DNA of 64,000 bases from positions 130,014,001 to 130,078,000 of the forward strand of contig NC_043001.1 of assembly GCF_006345805.1 (NCBI RefSeq), given 5' to 3'. This stretch comes from Octopus sinensis. Taxonomy: Eukaryota. Shown here one piece after another: positions 14,152-26,900 of the stretch; position 1 is the first letter of the stretch; every line of letters starts with the position of its first letter. The position numbers were made by a program, and so were the translations under genes. Below the pieces are notes generated by a model. The model saw only the letters and a list, made by a program, of their open reading frames with translations, was not told where the DNA came from and searched no databases.

Positions 14152-14540
14152 TCTTTATATATAAAGTGAGGTTGTGTGTCTGTCTCCTACGATTTAGATT
14201 CCTAACTACTCCCACATTTTGCGGTGCAGTTTAACCAAAACGGGTATCTTATAGTCGTGATTCATATCGAGACTGTCTGGGTATTAGCGCGCGTCTACGA
14301 TGAGTCTACGATTTAAAAAAAACATTACCATCAATTTTTCCATTTTTAATCCATTTTTGACATATATAAGGGAAGTAACTCTCTAAAATTTATTATTAAA
14401 TCTCAGAACGTCAAAAGCTACAGTAACCCCCTCCCCCTTTGTGGTTAGCCATATTGAGATGGCTATTATACTTTACATCTCTAAAATGCTTATATAATTA
14501 TTCCCTTACAAACCCGAGCAACGCCGGGCGATACTGCTAG
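14152..14540 (+). mobile_element. Non-autonomous Helitron
   Basis: 5' A|TC start; 3' hairpin CCCGAGCAACGCCGGG at 14513-14528; terminal CTAG followed by T. Confidence 0.8.
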
Positions 14541-16034
14541 TCTTATTATAAAAGGCAGATTTTATCTGCCTCCCTTTGGGAGTTATACAAATCTACAATA
14601 TAGGATTTCTTCAATTACAATTTACCTAGCAGTTTTAAGAGTACAATGCATCGCGTCATGCCAGGTCCAGTTTTTAAAATTTAAACTCCAATTAAGCAAA
14701 ATTTACAGAAAACTCACATTCTGTTGTGTGTGTCAAATGCTTTTTTAGTCTGGTTTACACCACACGCACAAACGCACACACACAGTGGGCAAGGAATAAA
14801 ATGAAAGTAATTCACTTACTGTAGTGAGTGATTCTTTCACTCTGCCTCCCACTTCCTCTTTACACACATAGAAAAAACTTTTATTTTTTTACATAAGTAA
14901 TGAGAGCGAAAGAGACTAAGAGAAAGCGATTGTATGACGAGGAAGTTCCTTTGAAGTTACCGTGCATGGGACTCATTGATGTACATGTGTGTGTGTGTGT
15001 GTGTTTGATGGAGTGTGGGAGACAGACAGTATGTTGTGTGTAAGTGAAGTGCTTCTGTTAGTGTGTGTGAAGAGACAGAGAGAGTAATGTGTGAAAGAGA
15101 GAGATAACTGAAATTTTTTACTCGGTTTATGTGTATATGTATGTATGCATGTATGTGTGTGTGTGTGTGTGTATGTATGTGTGTGTGTATGTATGTATTT
15201 ATATATAAAAGAAGGTTGTGTGTCTGTCTACTCCGATTTAGATTCCTAATACTCCCACATTTTGCGATGCAGTTTAACCAAAACCAGGTATCTTATAGTC
15301 GTGATTCATATCAGCCCTTCTGGGTATTAGCGTGCGTCTACGATGAGTCTATGATTTTACAAATAATTTACCATCTTTTTTTCCATTTTAATGCATATTT
15401 TTTAAAATAAACGGAAGTAACTCTCAACTTCACACCAATATGCGTGCTCATATGCGACGTAATATCACATCACCAGCATTTCCTCACACTCTCCTGCACT
15501 TGGCGAAGGCAAAATACCAGGGGATGAAAATGGTAATATTGCCATCGATTCCATTTGTACCATTGTTAAGACGCCTTTGATCTCAGAGATGCAGTATTCC
15601 CAGATTTACAAGCTAATTATCAGAATATGGATTGGAATTGGCAAAAAGGCTATACTGGCCCCGAGGAATAAAACTGTTCACCATATTAATGATGAAATGC
15701 TAAAATCATTCCTGGGGAAGTCGATGTATATCAGTCTATCGATACAACTCCTGACCCAGAGGACGTCATCAACTATCCAATAGAGGTACTCAATTCCTTT
15801 GAGCACCCCAGACTACCACCACACTTTCTCAAACTTAAAGTTAGTGCCCCTATAATGCTCATCAGAAATTTGGTTCCCCCAAAACAATGCAATGGCACAC
15901 GTTTGGCGTTAAGTCCTTATCTCCCACCGTAAGCTTATTTCAATATTTGCCTGAATAATCATCATAATTCAGTGCAATCATTAACAGTACTTTCAAGCAA
16001 TTCAGCCCCGAGCAACGCCGGGCAATTCTGCTAG
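14541..16034 (+). mobile_element. Composite Helitron carrying a PIF1-helicase fragment
   Basis: TC start directly after the previous CTAG; second internal head at ~15200; helicase relic; 3' hairpin CCCGAGCAACGCCGGG and CTAG at 16031-16034. Confidence 0.8.
15640..15915 (+). pseudogene. Helitron RepHel PIF1-family helicase fragment (frameshifted)
   Basis: KAILAPRNKTVHHINDEMLK, then IDTTPDPEDVINYPIEVLNSFEHPRLPPHFLKLKVSAPIMLIRNLVPPKQCNGTRL; matches the Helitron PIF1 motif LPPH.L.LKVG.PIML.RNL....CNGTRL. Confidence 0.9.
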
Positions 16035-16213
16035 CATATATATATATATATATATACAATATATGTATATATATACAATATATATATATATGTATATATA
16101 CAATATATATATATATGTATATATACAATATATATATATGTATATATACAATATATATATGTGTATATAAATATATACATATATATATTTATACATGTAT
16201 ACACACATGTATA

Positions 16214-16598
16214 TATCTCTCTCTATATAAACGGCAGTTTGTCTGTGCGTTTTCTGTGTGTCTGTTTTCTCGTACCCTCACTCTAACCACGGCTTTCAAC
16301 CGATTCTGATGAAACTTGACACACACATAGCCCAATGTCATAATTCAAAACTAACGCAGCGAAAATTTTGTAAAGTTCCCCCAGTTCTGAAAAAAATCGA
16401 TAAATTCGACATGGGGTCGAGGATCAGAAACCCAAACCACAGACCGTCTAGGGGACGCAACTCCACCTTTTTTAACTCTCAAAAAAATTTACCATCATTT
16501 TTTTTCCATTTTTTTGCTATTTTTTGGCTATAACTCTCTAAAAATGCTTTATAGTTATTTCCCTTACAAACCTGAGCAACGCCGGGCGATACTGCTAG
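16214..16598 (+). mobile_element. Non-autonomous Helitron
   Basis: A|TCTCTCTCTCTATATAAACGGCAG...CCTGAGCAACGCCGGGCGATACTGCTAG|T; near-identical copy at 47530-47913. Confidence 0.85.
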
Positions 16599-16999
16599 TG
16601 TATATATATGTGTTTGTATGTGTGTGTATCTCAGTTACACTACAGGTTACAGTTAACTGCATTGATTAGTATTCAGCATCTATGACTACTATTAGTTGTT
16701 ACTCACACTGTAAATTCCTCCAATGGGTAACTCCCTGTTCACTTCTCTGGATGGTAATATTATTTGGAGTGTATATTAGCAATAATTTTAAAGATGCAGA
16801 ATAAGGTGACTTGTTCATGCTCAAAATTTATTTCCTTTTGTTTAAGAAATTTCATACTGCATATTTTTATGGTTAAAAATATGAAATTGTGAAATAAAAG
16901 GAAATAAATTTGAGAATGAACAAGTCTCCATATTCTATATAATGATAATTATTGCCAAATATACATATATATATATATATAATCATAATAATAATATTA

Positions 17000-17057
<58 letters not shown>

Positions 17058-17059
17058 GG

Positions 17060-17780
17060 AAATATAATTCCAAACTTACAGGGAAAAATTCAATTTAGCA
17101 ATTCTAATTCAAATTTCACAATATATCATAGATGTATATAATTAAGAGAAATAACCTCTATTAAGCAATTCAATAGTGAAAAACATTATCTATACTATAT
17201 AGAAAAAATTTAAATGTACAATAATAAATATCATTTAAAAAAATAAATAAATAAAATAAACATTGAATTGATTATGTGTGTTTCGTGACTATATCTTTAA
17301 ATCGATAATAATAAAATCGATTCTATTAAAATTAATTCGAGTTAAAATAATCATTAAAAAATCATACCTTATCTTATTGAAGAATACCAGTTAACTGGTA
17401 TTCTTCAATAAGATAAGTTATGATTATATTTTTCATTAATATTGTTAAATTCTATTTGATTATTGATTGTTACGATATGTATATTTCCATATTTATTTGT
17501 TAATTATTATATTTGTTATTATTATATGTTAATTATTACATACATTTATTATATTATTTTAGACCTGAAGAGTGGCTATATCTTAAATCGAATTGATTTT
17601 AAATTGATTTAAAGATATAGTCACGAAAAGTGACATAGTCAATTTAATGTTAATTCAATTTATTGATGTTTTAAAATAATATTTATTATAGTATATTAAA
17701 ATTTTTTCTTTATAGTATAGATAATGTTTTTTACCATTGAATTGCTTAATTGAGTTTATTTCTCTTAATTATATATATAT
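17060..17780. mobile_element. AT-rich foldback (Penelope-like terminus) with nested palindromes
   Basis: Imperfect arms at ~17140-17305 and ~17605-17775; perfect ~50-bp palindrome CTTATCTTATTGAAGAATACCAGTTAACTGGTATTCTTCAATAAGATAAG near 17367-17417. Confidence 0.65.
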
Positions 17781-18466
17781 ATATCAAACATAAATCATTA
17801 CATGCCTATAGCTACAAAGCCTAGAAATTAAAATTGATACATATAGAAAATAGAGGAGTGTCAGCAAAATAAACATTTCCACAAAAGAAAAAAGGAAAAA
17901 ATTATATAGCATAAAAACCACAGAATACTAAAATGAATTTGTGGACTAAATGCATTTGCTGCAGGATATTTCCTGGCTCAAAGATTTTTTTCTGTTGACT
18001 ATGTATGCAAAAATACATTGAGTCAAACCACAAATACTGTCAGTACACAACTAGACATGATTTCACCTCCTCAGTTGTAGTAAACACCTCAGTGATTTAG
18101 AGCCAGGCCAGAACACATGTTCCTATACACAGAAAACAGTAAGCAATACATTTATCATGTTTTTTGCACACCTATGTTTTTTTGTGAGACAAATCTTAAA
18201 TGAATCCTTAATTCTTGCATATATGAGTATGTTAAAAACAAGTGTTCACATCTTAGTTATAATCTTTGCTGCTCCATATGCTTCCACAAAATTAATTTCA
18301 GTTTAGCAAGACTCAGCACATAGCATCAAATACATTTTCTGTTGTTTACTATAGATAGGAACAGAAGTTTGCTTGTCTCTTCCTTTCTTCATAATCTTAT
18401 GCATTTTATTCGTGAAATTTTTATCTATCTATCTATATGTATCTATATATATATATATATATATAT

Positions 18467-18550
<84 letters not shown>

Positions 18551-18918
18551 CATATATACACATATACATATATATGTGTCTGTGTTATGAGTAAGAGAGA
18601 GAGGTGTATGATATAGGAATGCAAAGAAGCAAATGTCATGTCACAGCAAATGCAACCTTTTAATCAATTTGAAATCTTAGTTGGAGCCAATTCAACAGTA
18701 ACATACCTTACAGCAAAGTACACAATATTTATGTAACATTATGTAATATTTTTCATTTACCTTTTATCTATGGAATAAATCAATATATGCTTGTTTGTGT
18801 GTTCGTGCACACACATGTGTGTTTCTAGTCACTTAACAGCAACAGAATGAAGCTAAAGATTCAAAGAAATGAATGTGAATAAACATATAAATATACATAC
18901 ATATATATATATATACAT

Positions 18919-18993
<75 letters not shown>

Positions 18994-19086
18994 ATACATA
19001 TACACATACATACATACATATATTTAACCAGTGAATTGAATGTTTTACACCCCTTTGAAAGAATCATTTTTTCCTTCATTTGTTAT

Positions 19087-19117
<31 letters not shown>

Positions 19118-19469
19118 GTGTATCATTACATCATGCCATTTTTAAATAGTTATATCTATTCAAGTATGTGTAATGTGCATGTATGTCTCATGGATGCATG
19201 TGCGCGCACATGTGTGTGATATTCTTTAATATGGATGCCTAATGGAAAAAAATATATGCATTTAAATTTACCATACATACATATATGTACACACACACTC
19301 ACACACATACTCACACATATATACATACATATGTGCACACATACACTCATATTGATGGATCTGACATATGCAATGTAGTGAGTTGGAATACTTCAATCAG
19401 CTGAGATTAGCAACCAGTAGACAAGATTTCTCCAGAGGGTATTAAATTTCTAAAAGTATTAAGCAATAT

Positions 19470-20640
19470 ATATCAGACTGAGTAAAAATTAAGCAACGTT
19501 TTGAAACATGAAATTGATCACCATATATTTCAACAATACAGAAATTTTATTCATTGAAGTAATTACCATTACAATAAACACATTTTTGCCAATGAGTTCC
19601 AAGTTTGTTTATTCTGGTAACATGAAAATCTGGAGTTCTGGAGCTGATGAACTCTTTGAAAACATTTTCAGCATCAGTTTGATTTTCGAACTCCTTCCCT
19701 CACAGGAAACCATCAAGGGGCTTGAAAAAGTGGTAGTCTGTAGGGCAAAGCTCTGGGGAGTAAGCTGGGTGGGGAAGAACTTCGTAGCCAAGTTTCCTCA
19801 ACTTCTGGAGAATCATTAGTGAAATGTGTGGTCAAGCATTGTCATGAAGAATGATGGGGCCTCTGATATGGAGGAGCAGTTTTTCGTTCAATTTAGCAAC
19901 TTCAGAGCAATATGTTTCTGCAGTAATGGTTTTACCAAGTTTTAAGAAGTTATAGTGGATCAGTCCAGTAGTTCACCACCAAACAGTCACCATAACCTTC
20001 TTTTTGAAGAGCTCGGGTTTAGGGAAGGTTTGCAGTACTTCATTTTGGTTCCACTGTTGCAAAGAACGTTTTTATTATTGTACAGAATCCACTTTACATC
20101 ACAAGTTACAATATGGTTAAGAAATGAATTGGTCTAGTTATGGAGAAGAAGCAATGATTGAATTTCATATCTGCGCATTTTCTGATTTTCATTCAAATCC
20201 TTTGGTACCCATTTGCCAAGCAGTTTTGGTTTTCTGATCATATGCAAATGGTTGAAGGCAGTTTTCTGGCTAACTTGAAGTCTTTTGCTAGTTCTCGGGT
20301 GGTTTTACATGGATCTTTCTCAATGACAGTCTTTAATTGACCATAATCAATGACAGATGGGCGTCCACTATGCTCATGATCTTCAAGGCTCAGGTCTCCA
20401 CTGCAAAATTGTTTAAGCTATTTTCAAGCTGATCACTCACTGGGCATTTCCTCACCAAACGTTTCATTGATATTGCAAGCAGTTTCAGCTGCTTTACATC
20501 GTTTCTTGAAGTTGAATAGCAAAATTGCTCAAACATTGTGCTTTGACAGTTCCATTTCAGATGATTATAACAATTCAGAAAAATATCACTGTTAATTTAG
20601 TGGTGTATTTGGGCAAGTCTATGTCTGTATTATCAGACAA
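19470..20640 (-). mobile_element. Decayed mariner transposon; transposase relic at ~19547-20555
   Basis: Manual minus-strand translation: MELSKHNV*AILLFNFKK...GKWVPKDLNE...IVTCDVKWILYNN...KVMVTVWW...LPHPAYSPELCPTDYHFFK...HWQKCVYCNGNYF. Shows mariner WVP, YSPDL-like and WQKC motifs with several stops. Confidence 0.9.
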
Positions 20641-21368
20641 TTGCAGAAAAAATGTTTGAAAAAATTTGAAACTCTGCAAAATCCAAGACAAATTCTTCAT
20701 GGTTCAAAATGTTGCTTACTCTTTACTCAACCAGATATAAACATGCATGTGTGCATGGCATGTACGTTTTGTTGTATACATATATATATATATATATTAT
20801 ATATAATGTATATGTGTGTATATATATATATATAAATATGTATATATATATAAATATATGTATATGTATATATATAAATATATGTATATGTATGTATATA
20901 ACATAGTTGCCTATCTATATAATATACAAAATATGTATATATAAATTTTTATGTATTTATGTAATATCCAGACATTGCTGGGAGTTAAAAAATTTTTCTT
21001 CCCACCATATGATCTTTGGTTCCATCTTACAGAACAACACCTTGGACAAGTATCTCCTTCTACTATAGGCCTATGCAGATCAAAGCCTAGTGAGTGGATT
21101 TGATACACAGAAACTGAGAGTTGTACATGCAGTGATAAAATAGGGATGGTGGAGTTGTTATGAAGATATCCAGTACCAGAATCAAAGTTAAGACTATTCT
21201 AGAAAAGCTTTGGTGTCCATTATCCTAGACTATGTATGTTACCTTAGCGCATTCAAATTATTCAACAGTAGTAGCATTAAGTTATCTTAGCTATTGGATA
21301 GAAGACAGGACAAATTATCAAAATATAACTATTTTTGACTTAAGATTTTAATAAAGAACACAAAAATG

Positions 21369-21760
21369 GAATTGATTTAGAGATCATATTTAAAATACAA
21401 AAAGGTGTTCCTTATGGAATTGGGACATTTCATCTAAAGTTCATCCGATTTGTTAATAATTTTATTTGAACATTTAAAAAGTTTCAATTATTCCTTGCAG
21501 CAGAGGTTACACAATTATCAGTTGCTAAAGTAAGGCTTAGCATGTTTCACAATACTCCAGGTAATATGGAAGACAACATTATTATCCTTTAACTCCCAGA
21601 TTTTTGCAGCAAGTGAAGTAGTTTTAACCTTATTCCTTCCTTAAAGGGTGTGAGTGTTGCTATGTGATCTCAGTTTGAAGAGGAAGGAGGTAGAACCTAG
21701 ACAGGTTGAAGTACTCTGGTTAGTGTAAATCATACATTTGTAAATAATACTTTTAGCTAG
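21369..21760 (-). mobile_element. Penelope-like GIY-YIG endonuclease relic, repeated at ~29167-29560 and ~34781-35175
   Basis: ORF 29316-29531 reads TCIGSTSFPFKLRSHNNTHTFK...TSLAAKIWELKDNNVVFHITWSIVKHAKPY, similar to the PLE endonuclease (YIG.T...FK.R...H..SF; IWELK). Confidence 0.7.
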
Positions 21761-22040
21761 GCCCCTATTATTAAGAGGGCACTAAAATTTATTTCTACAA
21801 TTACATAGTTTTGATGGCAGAGTAGTAGGGCTATTACAAGTACAGGTAATTGGGTTATTATGTTGCAGATAGTTAGCATCACTAGAATTACTAGTGTGGT
21901 TAAGCCTACCAATTCTACAAGCACCATTGAAGAAATATAACTGTTATCATTAGTACAGTTGCTGTAATTGTTATTATTTATATAAGAATCACTGTGGTCA
22001 CTATCAATAGTATTACTATCAGCATTACAAATATGAGCAC

Positions 22041-22097
<57 letters not shown>

Positions 22098-22318
22098 CAT
22101 TATTATTATTATGGTTGTGGTGAGCTGGCAGAATTGTTAACATGCTGGATGAAATGTTTTACAGTATTTCACTTGTTGCTACGTTTTGAGTTCAAATTCT
22201 ACCGAGGTTGGCTTTGCCTTTCACCTTTTCAGGGTTGATAAATTAAGTACCAGTGACACATTGGGATCGATGTAATCAACCCCAGAATTTCAGGGCCTTT
22301 TGCCTTTTAGTAGAAAGG

Positions 22319-22355
<37 letters not shown>

Positions 22356-22899
22356 GTGGTGGTATTGGAGCTAATAAAATGTCATTGTTGTCTTTTGCAT
22401 GAATACTATTGATAATATTGTTACCAGAACATCTTTTTTTTTTATGACTTCCTATGTTATTATTGATAGTCATATATGTGTCAGATTCCAGTGTTGCACT
22501 GATAGCATGACTAGCAGTTGTACTTAGATTATTGCCTGGAATTGACAACAGTTCCATTTACAGTCTCCTTGTGTAGACTACCCAATATCTGAGATGAATA
22601 GGTAGGGTTGGACTTTGTTACACCTATATTAAAGTCAACATTATTATTACTATTATTACAGAAAAAGATACTGTTAATCATGTGTCTGTTGATAGCCATT
22701 ATCTTATTGGTTAGATTTGGTGTTGTGAAATTGAAAGTTTAATTTTATACTAATTATATAATTAGTATAAAATTAAACTTTCAATTTCAGTTTCAATACA
22801 ACTATACTTATTAAGAGGAAAATATTTTTGTGAAATACTAAAAATTTTCTTGGCAAGTTGCATAACAATATAGTAGCCATAATGTCACTACTACTACAT

Positions 22900-23275
22900 C
22901 ATCATCATCATCATGATCATTTAAGGTCTGTTTTCCATGCAGGTGTGGGATGGACATTTTGACCAGGGCTAGCAAGCTATGGGCTGCACCAGGCTCCAGT
23001 CTGATTTGGCATGTTTTCTATGGCTGATTCCCTTCCTAATACCAACCACTCTGAGATTGTAACGGGTGCTTTTACGTGCTACTAGCATGGGTGCCAGTCA
23101 CCTGACACCAGTATCTGCCATGACAATGATTTCCCTTGGCTTGATGGGTCTTCTTCTCAAGCACCGTATATTGCTAAAGGTCTAAGTCATTTGTCATTGC
23201 CCCCATGAAGCCCAGCACTCGAAAGGTGATTTTTACACACCACCTGCACAGGTGCCAGTTATGTGACACCAGCAT
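22900..23275 (-). mobile_element. RTE-tail SINE, reverse, repeated at ~30100-30475 and ~35745-36120
   Basis: (CAT)n then TTTAAGGTCTGTTTTCCATGC...CTTCCTAATACCAACCACTC; reverse complement of the 1200-1425 tail. Confidence 0.7.
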
Positions 23276-23299
23276 AAAACTACCTAAAATACAGAGTAG

Positions 23300-23953
23300 A
23301 TAAAACACCAGAAAGTGATAAATGCAGAATCTGTGGACAAAATGGTGAAACCTTATGCATATTACCAGCCAATATAAGCCATTAGTCTCAGAAGAATATA
23401 AGAGATGCCATGACAATATAGTAAGGCTTGTCCATTGGACACTTTGCAACAAGTATGGACTTGACAGAGAAAAAAATTAGTATGTCCACAATCCCGAAGG
23501 CATCATCGAAAATGATAATGCAAAGATCCTGTGGGATTTTATGATTCAGTGCAACCAAGAGATAGAGAATAGGAAGCCAGACATAAATGCAAACTATGCT
23601 GGATCATAGATATAGCATGCCCAGCTGACAACAAGGTATGCAATAAGGAAGAAAGAAAAGTCAATAGATATGACGGGTTAGCTTGGGAGTTAAAGCAATT
23701 GTGATCAATGAAAAAGCTGGTAGTGGTAACAATAATTGTCGGAGCCCTGGGAACAGCGAGTAAAAACCTTGAAAAGTACATGTAACAAACAGGGGCTGCA
23801 ATAAGGATGGAGCACTTGCAGAAAATATCACTGCTTGGAACTGCTCAAATACTCTGGAAGGTGCTCGAAAAATAAGAGGTGTTACCCTAGTCCACTGGTA
23901 GTGAACAGCTGACACCATAGTACATCTCCAGCTGTGCAAAGGCAATAATAATA

Positions 23954-23994
<41 letters not shown>

Positions 23995-23995
23995 T
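23300..23995 (+). mobile_element. 5'-truncated HERO/R2-group non-LTR relic (zinc knuckle + REL endonuclease) with (AAT)n tail, repeated at ~30500-31215 and ~36150-36860
   Basis: DKCRICGQNGETLMHI...RCHDNIVRLVHW...KILWDF...RKPDI...IDIACP...IIVGALG...LLGTAQILWKVLE; stops and frameshifts present. Confidence 0.85.
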
Positions 23996-26900
23996 GAGCA
24001 ATCAGTAGATAAACATAAATGATAAATAATATTAAATGTAATGATGGGAGAGGTAAAAAGAGTTTTTCTTTCATTTCTGTTTCTGTTGCTATACTTCTCA
24101 GTGACTTGATGTTGTATTTTTTCTTTATCTTTTTCTTGTCCTTTAATAGTCTTGATGTCAGTGGTAGCATCCTTCATAGCCTCGTGTGCCTGCAATACAA
24201 TCACAACTTCCTCCACTTTACACTGCAACAACTCATGAGAGTCTATTAAAGGTAACAGCACAGCCTCTTCAAGGTCCAACAACATACCAGTGATCTTGCC
24301 AGCCTTATCTGGATACATATTATGAATCAGTGGAAAGAGAGTCTCACCAAACTCTTGTTTCTGTTCTTGTGGGGCAATTGCTCCTATCATACTGGAGCTA
24401 AGCAGTTCTTGTCCTTCAGTAGTCTTGATGTCAGTGGTAGCATCTTTCATAGCCTCATGTGCCTGCAATACAATCACAACTTCCTCCACTTTTCCCTGCA
24501 ACAACTCATGAGAGTCTATTAAAGGTAACAGCACAGCCTCTTCAAGCTCCAACAACATACCAGTGATCTTGCCAGCCTTATCTGGATACATATTATGAAT
24601 CAATGGAAAGAGAGTCTCACCAAGCACTTGTTTCTGTTCTTGTGGGGCAATTGCTCCTATCATACTGGAGCTAAGCAGTTTTTGTCCTTTAATATTCTTG
24701 ATGTCAGTGGTAGCATCCGTCATAGCCTCGTGTGCCTGCAATACAATCACAACTTCCTCCACTTTTCCCTGCAACAACTCATGAGAGTCTATTAAAGGTA
24801 ACAGCTCAGCCTCTTCAAGCTCCAACAACATACCAGTGATCTCACCAGCCTTATCTGGATACATATTATGAATCAATGGAAAGAGAGTCTCACCAAGCAC
24901 TTGTTTCTGTTCTTGTGGGTCAATTGCTCCTATCATACTGGAGCTAAGAGGTTGTTGTGCTTCAGTAGTCTTGATGTCAGTGGTAGCATCCTTCATAGCC
25001 TCTTGTGCCTGCAACACAATCACAACTTCCTCCACTTTTCCCTGCAACAACTCATGAGAGTCTTTTAAAGGTAACAGCTCAGCTTCGTCAAGCTCCAACA
25101 ACATACCAGTGATCTCACCAGCCTTATCTGGATACATGTTATGAATCAATGGAAAGAGAGTCTCACCAAGCACTTGTTTCTGTTCTTGTGGGGAATTGCT
25201 CCTATCATACTGGAGCTAAGCAGTTTTTGTCCTTTAATAGTCTTGATGTCAGTGGTAGCATCATTCATAGCCTCATGTGCCTGCAATACAATCACAACTT
25301 CCTCCAACTTTCCCTGCAACAACTCATGAGAGTCTATTAAAGGTAACAGCTCAGCCTCTCAAGCTCCAACAACATACCAGTGATCTTGCAAGCCTTATCT
25401 GGATACATATTATGAATCAATGGAAAGAGAGTCTCACCAAGCACTTGTTTCTGTTCTTGTGGGGCAATTGCTCCAATCATACTGGAGCTAAGCAGTTCTT
25501 GTCCTTCAGTAGTCTTGATGTCAGTGGTAGCATCCTTCATAGCCTCGTGTGCCTGCAATACAATCACAACTTCCTCCACTTTAGCCTGCAACGACTCATG
25601 AGAGTCTAATGAAATTAACAGCTCAGCCTCTTCAAGCTCCAACAACATACCAGTGATCTTGCAAGCCTTATCTGGATACATATTATGAATCAATGGAAAG
25701 AGAGTCTCACCAAGCACTTGTTTCTGTTCTGTGGGGGCAATTGCCCCTATCATACTGGAGCTAAGCAGTTTTTGTCCTTAATATTTTGATGTCAGTGGTA
25801 GCATCCGTCATAGCCTCATGCCTGCAATACAATCACAACTTCCTCCACTTTTCCCTGCAACAACTCATGAGAGTCTATTAAAGGTAACAGCTCAGCCTCT
25901 TCAAGCTCCAACAACATACCAGTGATCTCACCAGCCTTATCTGGATACATATTATGAATCAATGGAAAGAGAGTCTCACCAAGCACTTGTTTCTGTTCTT
26001 GTGGGGCAATTGCTCCTATCATACTGGAGCTAAGCAGTTCTTGTCCTTCAGTAGTCTTGATGTCAGTGGTAGCATATTTCATAGCCTCGTGTGCCTGCAA
26101 TACAATCACAACTTCCTCCACTTTAGCCTGCAACAACTTATGAGAGTCTATTAAAGGTAACAGCTCAGCTTTGTCAAGATCCAGCAACATACCAGTGATC
26201 TTGCCAGCCTTATCTGGATAGATACCATGAACCAATGGAAAGAGAGTCTCACCAAGCACTTGTTTCTGTTCTTGTGGGTCAATTGCTCCTTTCATACTGG
26301 AGCTAAGAGGTTCTTGTCCTTCAGTAGTCTTGATGTCAGTGGTAGCATCCTTCATAGCCTCTTGTGCCTGCAACACAATCACAACTTCCTCCACTTTTCC
26401 CTGCAACAACTCATGAGAGTCTTTTAAAGGTAACAGCTCAGCTTCGTCAAGCTCCAACAACATACCAGTGATCTCACCAGCCTTATCTGGATACATGTTA
26501 TGAATCAATGGAAAGAGAGTCTCACCAAGCACTTGTTTCTGTTCTTGTGGGGCAATTGCTCCTATCATACTGGAGCTAAGCAGTTCTTGTCTATGAATGG
26601 TCTTGATGTCAGTGGTAGCATCCTTCATAGCCTCATGTGCCTGCAATACAATCAAAACTTCCTCCACTTTTCCCTGCAACAACTCATGAGAGTCTATTAA
26701 AGGTAACAGCTCAGCCTCTTCAAGATCCAACAACATACCAGTGATCTTGCGAGCCTTATCTGGATACATATTATGAATCAATGGAAAGAGAGTCTCACCA
26801 AGCACTTGTTTCTGTTCTTGTGGGGCAATTGCTCCTATCATACATGAGCTAAGCAGTTCTTGTCCTTCAGTAGTCTTGATGTCAATGGTAGCATCTTTCA

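Noticed and set aside
17940-18150. Possible plus-strand exons with a GTAAGC donor; other exon-like islands at 1000-1095, 4150-4290, 7790-7890 and 44760-44885
   Set aside because: Short open frames with no recognisable homology or consistent phase chain; cannot be supported without RNA-seq.
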